From assembly GCA_002633005.1 (NCBI GenBank), contig NMRA01000014.1:1852205-1901033 (forward strand): a stretch of 48,829 nt of DNA, written 5' to 3'. The notes beneath the pieces were generated by a model. That model saw only the letters and a list, made by a program, of their open reading frames with translations, did no database searches and was not told the origin of the DNA. This document shows, piece after piece, positions 1 through 11,600 of the stretch. The stretch is from Phoronis australis. Its lineage: Eukaryota; Animalia; Phoronida. Both the position numbers and the translations under genes were made by a program. Each line of letters starts with the position of its first letter. Within the stretch, counting starts at the first letter, position 1.

Positions 1-35
1 CTGAGAATTTTCCTTTAATCCTATGCTGCTCTTAC

Positions 36-171
36 CTATTTGTGGCCTTGTTGTATTTGAATACAGCCAGACCAACCTGGGCCAGCTGGAAATCTCTGGC
101 ATTCTCATAGAGTTTTCTATACCGTTCTTCAACTGTATCCAGATTGTTGGCATTCTGCTCCTTAGTGAGAC
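36..171 (-). CDS. PARN: PARN-like copy A exon 3
   Basis: cag acceptor, gtaag donor, 136 nt, LDTVEERYRKL...DFQLAQVGLAVFKY. Confidence 0.9.
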
Positions 172-1693
172 CTGTAACAACACTAAATGTAAAAAATCAT
201 GAACCAAGCAAAGTTTTATCAATAAAAAAAAAAATGTTTCTGAAGCAAATTGCGTCCCTAAATGCCAAAATATAAACTCACAGTATAACAACAGGAGGAA
301 CTCAGATGGTCCATGACTGACTCTTCTTGCAAAATCTCACCAAGTCATTAACTCCAATTCAGCACTAATGCAGCAATGTACTTACCCTAGTACATGTAAT
401 TTTGCTAATTAACCTTTGATTAAGTTTTGAAGACCAAAACCAGAAAGAATGGCAAAATTAAAGAAATTCTTTAACAACCAAAATGTATATTATTTAATCA
501 AGATGTTTTTTCTATTGTGCCAAGATAACCAGCACGACTACTAGCATATGAAGAACAGGAAACAGTCACCTATGTAAAAGCACACACCTGTAAATTCACA
601 GTCAAGAGACAGGAAGCTGGCATCTTCAATGGCTTCAAATATGTCTTCTAAGCACTGCTTGAAATCTTGAATTAGAAAAAAAACACAATCCGAACCGGCA
701 CTGACACAATGTTTATGAATTCAATCTACCAGCGGGTACAGCTGGTGCAGTAGATGGTATCAGACCAAGTGAAGAATGGTTCTAATTTGTCCTAACATTG
801 CAACAGACTGCCACTGGTGCTCTGTGCGTAGTAGACAAATTATTACCTATACTGTTTCAATGTTGTGACATAGTTATGCACCTTGGCTTCCAGCCAGCCA
901 CTGACTGGTTTTGGGGCTCACCACTCAAGTCATCAATTACAAATTATATTTGCAAATATCTAAGTATGGGCGGAATATGGTTTTAACCAGAGTACCCAGC
1001 ACTGTGGCCACACCAGTATTAACTAAGAGAAATAAAATATCAATATCATATCTCTCACACTAGGTTCTCATGAATGGCAAAAACGCTTCATTGTGTGTCT
1101 GTGTTGGGTCTGTAGTGGGGTACTTTTTCAACAGGAACTTCACCACCAGAATCCCTTTTAAAGAGAAACCTTATGTCAAAGCATATATAGTGGGTCACTG
1201 CATTCAAGTTAAACGCAGCGATAAATAAAGGTATAGCTACAGTGCAGGTTTCCCTTATCGGCTTGTCGCCGCTGTCTGGCTACAAAGTAGATGTAAGAAG
1301 TGTTTTGACTTAAGTCAAGTGCTAACCGCAGTAAAAATGTCCGCACCTTAGGAGCAGCCCAAACTGGAAAATAGCACTTTTCATAGTTCACATTACAGTT
1401 TACTGGCGTTCTTGCAACTAGCGAAAGTGCTGGCAAAAACGCTAGTATTAGTAGTAGTCAGGTAGCGCTTCAGCCAGTTCGTGAATTACCGGGGGTATAA
1501 ACCATGTATAGCCTAACTTAAAACTTAGTCACGGGCCTGGATATTTGGCATATGTATTGTTAAAAAATAATTAGCATAATGGAAGAAGAAATTAATACAC
1601 TGTTTTGAAAACTGAAAGATGCATGCGTTTTGTATGTAACATTTCAACATGAAAAGCGTGCAAATTAACTTTACTTTGTCTCGTAACGTCCAT
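36..1693 (-). CDS. PARN: PARN-like deadenylase, copy A (5' part only; exons 1-3; continues beyond left edge)
   Basis: Exons 1675..1693 (19 nt), 588..665 (78 nt) and 36..171 (136 nt) are all GT-AG and phase-compatible. Translation: MDVTRQNFKQCLEDIFEAIEDASFLSLDCEFTGLTKEQNANNLDTVEERYRKLYENARDFQLAQVGLAVFKYNKAT. This matches the PARN N-terminus (human MEIIRSNF..AIEEADFFAIDGEFSG..DTPEERYQKL..DFLLFQFGLCTFKY) including the ExoI D-x-E. Confidence 0.9.
588..665 (-). CDS. PARN: PARN-like copy A exon 2 (FKQCLEDIFEAIEDASFLSLDCEFTG)
   Basis: aag acceptor, gt donor, 78 nt, contains the catalytic DxE motif. Confidence 0.9.
1675..1693 (-). CDS. PARN: PARN-like copy A exon 1 (MDVTRQ-N)
   Basis: ATGGACGTTACGAGACAAA|gtaa; 19 nt, same length as exon 1 of copies B and C. 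Confidence 0.85.
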
Positions 1694-1990
1694 TCCGTTT
1701 CGGTTTCAGCACTGCATGTTTCCCGGACAGGAAGTTGTGGGCTACTGCAGCGACATCAACTGGCAGGCGACAACAGAAGGCAGGGACCCGGTAGCGGGTC
1801 AGTCCATTCTTCAAGTTGAAAGGGTGTCGCCGCTCCGGCTGAGCCATTCCATAACATAACACTATTAGTTTTCCACCTCTACAATCACTCGTTCGTTGAA
1901 TTAAAATTCGAAGTTAATCCTTAGGTCACAGGGAAGGTAAACTTTTTGGGGGCGCGGCAAACCAATTCGACTTGCGGCAAACCTTATCCT
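1694..1990 (-). promoter_or_regulatory. Putative 5'UTR/core promoter of copy A
   Basis: Locally GC/CpG-richer stretch directly upstream of the ATG, with an ETS-like CAGGAAGT (~1727), a CCAAT (~1962) and a duplicated GCGGCAAACC. Called from position and motifs only. Confidence 0.35.
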
Positions 1991-2546
1991 CCCCTTCTCT
2001 ATCCCTCCCACCTCCAGGCTCCCCTGGCACAACGTCCAATAAATATGTATAGTTGAATGCCTGACTAAATTGTTCGCAGCAAATGTGAGGGATCCATAAC
2101 TAAAATATTTGTCTTAGCAATATCTTTCAAGTTCAGTTGAATCATGGAAATTATTTCCCCCAGTGGTTTAATTAGACATTTATATAACCTCTGCGGTTCA
2201 TGTCTTATGTTGCTATTACACTTAAATAAAATGCTATTACATTAAATTGGTTGAATAACTAATTAATTGATCAGTCAATTAATATACGTGACTGAAGCGT
2301 TTTATTCATTATTACGTTTTCTAATCTTTCGCATGCAGTTTTGGCCAACAAGATTGCTTTTTAGAATTAAAGAATATTTTTTAACATGTCAGCTATGCAA
2401 AATGGTAATTATTCACTAAGTAAATATCTTTTTCTTCTGGTATAATCATACACCATCAAGACCTGGTGAATACTTTTCTAATGATATGACTCGTATGCAA
2501 TTCGGTTGAAAATAGACGGACTTGCGAAATTTTGTTTTAGCGACAG

Positions 2547-2808
2547 CATGCGCGTACCCAACGGGGGGGGGCTCGAGGGGGCTCGAACGAGCCCCCTATT
2601 TGGCGAACTGGGCAAAAAGCTCTGCCTCAGAGAAACAAAAATACCCAGAAAACGTGACAAAAGTCCACTAAAATGACGCAGACGCATAGTTCTGAAAGTG
2701 GCACCCCGTCTTCTTTTATTTAGTCCTCCCGATGTTTTGTCAGCAAAAGGTCCACATCGACAGAAATTCGAGCCCCCCCCCCCATATTCAAGGTTGGGTG
2801 CGCGCGTG
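2547..2808. mobile_element. MITE / non-autonomous DNA transposon, 262 bp, 5-bp TSD
   Basis: Termini CATGCGCGTACCCAAC / GTTGGGTGCGCGCGTG (14/16 inverted match); flanking direct repeat GACAG at 2542-2546 and 2809-2813; second partial copy at ~25014-25230. Confidence 0.8.
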
Positions 2809-4769
2809 GACAGTAAACGTCACACTTTTAAACTATAGTCCTACTATCAAAATATACATCTGCGCTTGATAACGTACTTCGCTGAAAACACGACTAAACT
2901 TTTTGTTTGAAAGCTTGATAGGCTTCTTTTGTGGGCTTCCTGCCGTGTGCATTCTGAACACTCTCTGCTTGTACGTCCCTCTTCCCGCTGTCGCGCGTAT
3001 TTCACTGTTTATTTCGCTATGTATATTTTCATTCCACTCATTGCCCGAAGATGAGACATGCAGTTTCAAAATATAGCTAGTGCTTTAATTTGTTTGTTTG
3101 TTATGTCTCTCGGTGTTTTTCTACATAGCTGTACACCTGAAGAAAGGAGATTGTTTCGACAAAACTGTTTCAAGCTTTCAAAAGTTTAGTCGTGCTTTCA
3201 ACGACGTTTGAGTTAACGAAGAGCTGCTACCGAGTTATACTGCTTGATCCTGTAGGTATATTTTAAGAAACTTACAAACTTTTATGGTAATACGTCTAGA
3301 TCACGGGATTCTATGTTACGTCTAGCTGCTGGGAAGTGGTCAAATATTCGGATTCTCGAATCAGTGGCGGAATCACAAGCATGTGATCCTACGTACATGT
3401 ATAACGATGCTTTGTGTCATTAGACCGCAATATAGTCCAAAATATAGGCCTACATGGAATTTGTTCTGAAGAAGTTTTCCGTGTAACAGTAAAGTTACTT
3501 CGGTTGATTTCTAAAGAACAAACATTACATTCTAAACCCTATTCGCAATAACCAAAACCGTACTAAACCAATGCGAACAATTAAATTCAACGCATTCGTG
3601 TCGTAACCTCAGCTGCCCGAGATCGCTGAAGTTGGTATTCCAGGTGTAGTTCTATAATTTTACTCAGCAAAAAAAATATAAATAAAACCTTCAAAATTTC
3701 AGAGAAACCTCAATGCTTAGCCGTTGGACAGATCTCTTCACCGATCATTCCACAGTGTTTTGAATACCATTTGGAAGGTCAAACATAAAGTGACTTCTTG
3801 GAAAAGTGAGCCAAATAAGGCAATTCCCTAGAGACTAATCATTGTTATAAATAGATTGCATAGGGTTTCGAGCACTTCGATTGACTATCGAAATTCATCG
3901 CATATGACGCTATTTTAGGACTTTCGATTGGCACTGTTCCTGGCCAAATCTCTCATGTATTCTGTCTATCATGGGTTTAGTAGCAAACTCCTTTCAATCT
4001 TCAATTTTACCATATTCTTAATTATCTTTCCTATTCAGCAATAAAGATCCTTGATACCAGTTCGTTCGTAAACGGCGTAACGCAAAAATAGTTGTAGAAA
4101 CGTTTCACTAATTGTGATCGACCGGTTCAGTTGGAAAATTGCGTTCGTAGCATGTCTAAGAAATATGTGAATGTTGAGACCTGGCTCAGGCAGACGTAGG
4201 TTACGAATTTTTGTCGACGGTCTTAGTTATAATCGTTTCAGTGGGTCATCGTGTGTAACAAAAGTATTGAATATGCTGCGAAAAACGAGCTAATAAAAAA
4301 CTGCTATTTCTACTATTTGCGTCTGTTTCCTGATGTGGATCTTAGACGCATCGCTTTAATAAACAAGTACTACAGGAAATTAATTTTGCAACTTTCGCCT
4401 AATGTTGGTCATCCAGCGTACACGCTTGGTCGGGATGCCAGACGTACAAAAGACTGTTTTCGTTCATTAACTGATACTCTCTAAATACTGATATAAACAG
4501 TGGGATGTTTTAATAAAGGGATAGAAAGGAATCAGAAAAAGATAACATACATGTAGATGAGTATCTCACGCTTCCTTATAAAAAGTATCTCCTGCTGTCG
4601 AAAATACCAATATTTTGATATGGAAACTTCATGAGATTCCGATTTAGTACACATATTGAATGAATTCGTGCCCATTATTTTCAGAGCGCTAAGAGCTTTA
4701 GGTTGAAGGACACAGGTACATGTATATCATTATAGAACTGTGATACCGTTATACGTACACATCCATGTA

Positions 4770-4830
4770 CGTGTGTGTGTGTGTGTGTGTGTGCGCGTGT
4801 GTGTGAGTGTGCACGCGTCTGTGTGCGTGA
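4770..4830. repeat. (GT)n microsatellite, degenerate
   Basis: Visible gtgtgt run. Confidence 0.9.
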
Positions 4831-5574
4831 TTGTACATGTGTATGTGAATTCCCCGTGTACGCAGTCCCAAATTTGGTATAATTATTTTAATGGCATAAG
4901 ATAACAATGGCTCTATGCTTGGATTTATTAGATGCTCTCGGTAAACTGACTGCCGACTGCTACGTTCAATCGAAAGTGTTGTAAATCTGCAGCCAGATGA
5001 TCTTTAGGGTTGTTATACTGTGCGTGTCACTTCAAAATACAAAGCTGCAACCATTTTACTTACACCAAAGAGGATGAATCAAAAGCGAGGGACATCAAGA
5101 AAAACGCTGAACATCATAAAAATACGTGTTACAAGACCGTCCAATCAATAACATTAAACGTTTGAAACGGTGGTATGATTACAGATAAGACAGAACTGAA
5201 GATAAAAAATTAACCACAGCAAATTTAAAATACAATAATCACTGAAAAACTAACATGATACACACATATATTATGATAATAAGTTGTGGAAATGTATCCT
5301 AAATATAATATGAAACTAACAACAATGGGTACTGTAAAACAAAAAATCGTTAAAAATATAGTGTATAGTACACAAATATTGTTTTATCAAAGCATGGTTA
5401 AAATAAATATCTAAAAGATGTAACGCAAAATTGGTAAGTATATTTAACTTAAGAGATGTTTTACTTTCATCACGTATTTGTCATCTCATATCTATTCAAC
5501 CCATTGCATTTTGTATTCAATCGTAAAAAACAACAGCTACATGGTGTTGTATTCAAGAGTATTTACTAACATAT

Positions 5575-5695
5575 TCAGCGACGCTTAGGCGTGGGCGCCA
5601 CCCGCGCTCGGGAAGTCGAAGAGGTCCCTCTGGAACCTGAAGTTCCACGTTGATGCAGATTCAGACAGCCGTTGTTTTCCAGCGGCAAAAATATT
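5575..5695 (-). CDS. PARN: Copy B terminal exon 13 ([39 protein letters not shown])
   Basis: tag acceptor, phase fits exon 12, KIFL...CLNL aligns to human KLFL...YLNL; TGA at 5575-5577. Confidence 0.75.
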
Positions 5696-8600
5696 CTACA
5701 AATAATGATAATAATAATAATAATAGGGTGGGTCGTGATTTATGTAATTATGGTAGAAATGATAACAGGAACAACAATAAAAGCAACAACAGTAGTAATG
5801 ATGATAATAAAACTAATAATTTGTTTAGTAGTTCGAGATAATAATGAAAATAATGAAAATAATAATAATGATTATGATAATGATGATGCTGATCATAATA
5901 ATGATAATGATAATAATACTAATAATCATATTTTTTCGTATATGGATGTACATGATGTTGCTGTCCCCACTATATTCACCTGAGTTTATGCAAATAAGAT
6001 CTCTTTTACCAAATTTCGAAAACTGTACGATCAGTTGAATGACTGTCGTTTTACGATGCACAAGAAACACAATCTGATTTTCTAAGTCTATAGTTTTATG
6101 TTCACAACACCTTAAAGATTGATGGACACTTACTTGCCGATAAATGATTCCGTAGCTCTCGAAATAGGCGTAAACCTTCGCATACCATCATGTGGATCTA
6201 AAAGCGACATATAATAGAGATATGTTTGATGGAAATTGGCGTGACTGTCAGAAAAAAAATCTTCATTAAAGAAAAAGTAAGAATTTGTAAGTCCCAATAC
6301 CTTTTGAAACGTGAAACTGGACAACGTCTAACACTGAGGAAGTTTCGACTCCTGAAAGTGTAGGGAAATCCATCTTTCTTTAATACAGAAATTCTTCCCC
6401 GCAATTCTGGTTTTACACCTAATTAATTCTTTACTGGGAATCTGTCTGTCGAACGACACTATAGTACCATAAAATGCGTCGATACTTTTGCAAAATTTGA
6501 CATTATTCTATCGTTGGCGTAAATTACACGGTAATTAAATTATCATACCCGTAAACTACTGTAGAATCTGTGATTTCAATAATGTACAAGGTAAATTACA
6601 CATGTAAAATGTTGACAATACACGCGCAATAACATGCGTGCAGATGATATTTGCAAATCAAACATTACCCATTCTGAAAGCGGAAATAGTATCTTTAAAA
6701 CTGTTATTAAACACACGTTAAGGGAAAAAACGAAGTTTCAGTTGGATCAGCATCTTCAATACAAAACTGGTCTCAACGCGTTCTTGGCTCAAAAGAGACG
6801 TATTATGAGCTTTGAAAGAACTGGCAGTTCTTTATTGCAAAGACTATCATTCAGTGGCACATAAAATGACCCGCCGTGACATAGCAACTAGCTGGGTCTG
6901 GTCTCAAGCAATATATGACGAACTGGTCTGTTCTTCTTAAACTTTGAAATCAACTCGTTCTTTGAGTAAAGCACAAGTTCGTACCAATTTCCTAACCGTA
7001 AGTGGGCTAAATAAAACGGTTTGACGGCCGATAGTCGGCTTATAAAACCACAGACTTTACTTCGAGAGAACATTCAAATGTCACGCGACATGATTAATGA
7101 AGATTGGAAAAGAGTATGTGGTTAATTTTAATGGTCTCAGGCTGCTAACCAAGCTGTTAAAAATACCTGAAACATGGAAATTCTTTTTTATTCAACTTGC
7201 TTGGACCTGCAACGTGCCATATTTAGACGTCGGAGATGATGGACAGAGAAACAACTCCATGTGATGCTTTGACTCTGAAGTCCATCAGTTGACGTTAAAG
7301 TAAAAACGTACATTGTACCTCTAGAGATAAGAGGTAACGGACAACCTGAGCGATTACCTAAAGCATTGACCATTCCAATAAAACATAAACCAGTTAGGAA
7401 AGCGTCGTAACCCGCCTCGTGTAAGGTCTTCTTCGAGTACCTCTCAAAGCCCTCCGCAATTACTGCAATAGAAAGCAATATCAGTTTTGGTGGCGTCGAA
7501 CAGTCGTTAATGCCCTTTAACCTTAAGTAGCCTACGATAATTTCTATTCCAGGTTTTTGTGCGGAGGAATGAAAACGTTGCGCATGTAGAGCAAAAATGT
7601 CGACTTTTATATCATCAACTTTAAAGATACTTCCCTTCCACTTGTTATGTTCAGACAATAAAACTATGACAAATTATACTGTTAAATTTGACTGTTTCAA
7701 CTTTTTGTTGGAGTTGAGAGATAACCTGCAATTGAATTAAAGGGATCACATTTGGAAGTCTTGGTCAGACCTAGATTTTCTGAAGCGTTTTTATCGACGT
7801 ACTACAATGGCAAGCGCAACGTCAAGACCGGCCTTACATATATGTGTAAGTGCAGTTTCGGTTTGGGCTTTCTGGTTGTTTAACTAGGGGAAACACAGTT
7901 TTAACTTTTAGATGATGGGCAATTTTTTGAAATTGTGGATGTTGCAGTAGCAGCCTTCCTGAAACCATAAACAGTTTGAGGTCTTTTTAGCAAAATATTA
8001 AGTTCATTCAAACAGCATAATGACTGGAGGTACAATTTTTTAAAGCATTGATGTGTTGTTGCACAAAATGACACATTTGTGTAGTCTTGAGGCAGTTAAT
8101 CACATTTTAGCATATTAATAATTAATAAAAACATACCATAGGCAGGTCTTCTAAATGGCCGACGACTTAAAACGTCCCACAGATCCTCTAACCTCGTACT
8201 GTCAATGGTGTCATGGAATTCCTCTGACATGGCCATGTACTTGGTGTCGATAGTTTTAGGGAACACGCTCTTAGCGCATTCTGTAAAATCGCGCAATGAC
8301 TGAAAGAGCGAGACAAAAGTGTCACATTGTAAGTTTCTAGTTCTCACGTATTTGTAACTAGTCATGTGTGACTGAGCAGAAGTACAAGTTCTTAATCGGG
8401 TATTTATAACCGATCACGTCTGACTTAACAGAAATCATTAATTCAGTGAAAAACATCACCCTAATTAGATAAAGATTCTCAGTGCGCATTAGCACACATC
8501 ATTAAAGCGAACAATCGATTTTGAAAAATATCCGGTGCTACCAACTACATGTATAAAGAACGTTGATGTTTAAGTTCTAGTCACAAAAGAAGGGTGGGTA

Positions 8601-11600
8601 TCAAAGTAGGTACCTTCGGTAAGCTGCAGAAAAAATGACTGACGGTGTGCAGTAGGTCAAGATTCATGTTGTGCCCGACAACAAGCTTGCCCTGCAAAAT
8701 TGACAATACATGTATAGCCTCTGCTAAACTTTCAACCACTCGGAATGTGTGTATAATCTTTAACCATTGTCTATAATCTATGATGGTGCACATCAGTGGC
8801 GGATCTAGGATATCACAAGGGGGGGCCAACATTTCGTCTGTAAACATTTGCTCAAAGCACGATTGTAGATGCGCACAGCGCCGAATGGGAGGAGGTCCAG
8901 GAAAGTTTTCTGTTTTGTCCTCTAAAAATCAAGCATTTGATTCCCGAAGTAATATCCAATAAAAAACTGCAAAAAACTGCAAGGGCCATAGACTCGAACT
9001 CACAACATTGAGGATAGAGCGCGCGTGCTTTACCACTGCACTTAACTACTCATTTGATGCTACGAGACCTACTTGTTTATGGTCCACAGCGTTTGCGCGC
9101 GAAACCTTCTTTTTGTAATGCTTATTACATGTTTTATATTTTGTGCACTCAGTTCGTAACAAATTTGTTGTATTAAAAATAGTCTTCAATTGCCCTTAAG
9201 ACCAAATCCGTTTTTTGTATTGGCAATAATGACGCGATTGCTTTAGAAATCATCTTATGTTAAGGTTTGACAAAGAGAGAATTATGAGTTTCTGAGTGAT
9301 TCACTAAGGCTTCGATTTAAATTCACATCTTACCAGAAGCTTCTTTTTTTTCAGCATCACAAAGATTCCATTTTCTTTAAAAAATGAAATAATTTTCTTC
9401 ATTGCACAGTGGAGTTGCAGACGATGGAAACGGAGTCGTAGTGCCTAGAGCCACTGCCGGTCGCCTGAGATATCGCGGAGAGCCTATACTTAGCCATAGT
9501 TCCGTTACGATTTCGCCGCGTTCCGATTTTGACACTTGAAATTGGACCTGAGCTCCCCCCCCCCAAACACTAAAACTGCACACATTTAAATCTTGTTTCA
9601 TGTAATTTTAATTACCGGTGTTAATTAATAAACTCAACATTTCCCTACGCTCTTGCTGTTTTATTATTTTTTGCGGCAGCCAAGGGGGGGGGGACGGCCC
9701 CCCCCTCTTAAATCCGCCTATGCACATATTCCTGCACGCGCAGAGCTGTGTGCGCATTTAAATAAACCTGAGCACGGTTAAGAACTATCGATACTATCAG
9801 ATCATTCCAAAGTCGATTTTTGATACAAATTATTTTAACGTCATTCTCGAAATTTCGGAAAATACGGGATGAGGAAATATGAAAGTTCACCTTCACTGTG
9901 CTGCCCTGTATTTAAACAACTAGAACCACAAAATAAGAAAACTCTTTGGAACCACACTACATATAAATTACTTCGCGTCTAGACTGTAATCCACATTTTA
10001 TTAACGTTTTCGTTATGTTTGGTAAGTAGTGTCTTACCGATGATGCCACTTTCTTGAGAATTTTGGTGAACCCAACGGCTTTGTCAAGTTCCTCCTGAAA
10101 TAGTACAGAACTCAGCAGATACACGATAGGATGATATTGAACATGGTATAACCACCTCTCAAGGTAAACACAGTTAGGGGACGACATTTCCACAATTAGT
10201 GGTACTTGACTAATCGATCTGTCAGCCGTTAGCTTTCACAGAACTTTGAAATACTACACACTCACTTTTGCAAAACGTATCTGGAGTCATAAAAGAAACA
10301 TTTTACACACAAAAACGATCCCCTTATCATAGAAATCTGTCGCTAAAAATTTGCAGAAGTCCAGATGTCGTTTAAATGTTTCTTGTACGCAAATTAGTTC
10401 CACTCAACTTTCAGTGTATCCCACATGGCACTGATTTCATAACAGACGCGGCATTTTGACTGTTAAAATTCCACAATAAAAACAGAGTGCGATAATAGAC
10501 AATAGAAATTTTGATGCAAGTGATTCAGGTCTAAAAATATTAATTCGGCAATCTTTTTAGTACGTTGAAAAGCGTGACAGACGTGACCAAAAGAGCGGCT
10601 ATGGTCAATGATCTCACGGTAGCACATCATATTCTGAAACCTGATTTATGATATAATTGATCCCTCATGACATTCTTATGGTAAGCAACTGAAGAACGTG
10701 CGAGCAAATTATCAAAACTTTATATAAATAAGTACCTATACTGAGGGTACGTGTAGGTAGATCAGTTCAATTTTTGTGATAGAAATGTACTTGGCTTCTT
10801 CGGTACGCGCAGGCTCTTAAAGTAACCGGCTTTCTTTCCTTCTAATGGTCACCATTAAGTCTTGAAAAAAATTTAACTGCAGCTACATGTACATGTATAG
10901 TAGCTGTCAATTTATGAAACACGACTTTCATAATCCTTCATGATCACCATGTTATGTGTACAAAAAAGTCAACCGGCAGATGTTTGTAGCAATAAGACCA
11001 TCTAAAAATTGTCTGTTTAAGGGCATTGAGTTACATAATTACATAAGGCCTTTGTGCGAGAATGTTTAAATATGTAACTTCATAGAAAGTAGTATTTCAA
11101 CAGATATTTGAAAAATTTGACCCTCAGCAACAGATGTGTTTGGAAAATATTCGTGCCTCAGTCTTTGTTTGACTCTTTGATTTTGTAGTTTGCATGCGTT
11201 ACTTACTTCATATGTTTGAATTGACGTGTGGTTCCTAATTTTGGCCTAAAGATCTGATCATGCCTATCATAGGGTAGTCTTGTTGTGTTCACTTACCGAT
11301 TCAACACGTTTTATCTTCGCAATTTTTCGTTGTCTTTCGTTTGAATCATCAATGAACCATACTTTCAAGAACGTTTTATTGTCTTCGTGAAGAGTTTCCA
11401 ACACAACGTTGTTCCTGTATCTACAACAATGACAGCGAGTACAATGTCAATAGAGGTCGCTGCAAACTGTCGTGGGTGTGTCGTCTAAGTCATTTACTAA
11501 ACTGTCACCAATCGATAAAACAATTTACAGTTTCTAAATTACTCTCGCCAAATGCAGGATCCATTTCACAACAGAATGTGTTTGAGCATTTGCATGTGCG

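Noticed and set aside
5650-6070. Asn-, Ile- and Met-rich ORFs
   Set aside because: Artifacts of the (AAT/GAT)n repeat
7188-7658. 156-aa ORF as a stand-alone gene
   Set aside because: Only 7358-7462 is PARN-like and bounded by splice sites; the rest is intron read-through
8983-9046. Functional tRNA gene
   Set aside because: A/B boxes are present but there is no acceptor-stem pairing, and it lies inside a transposon
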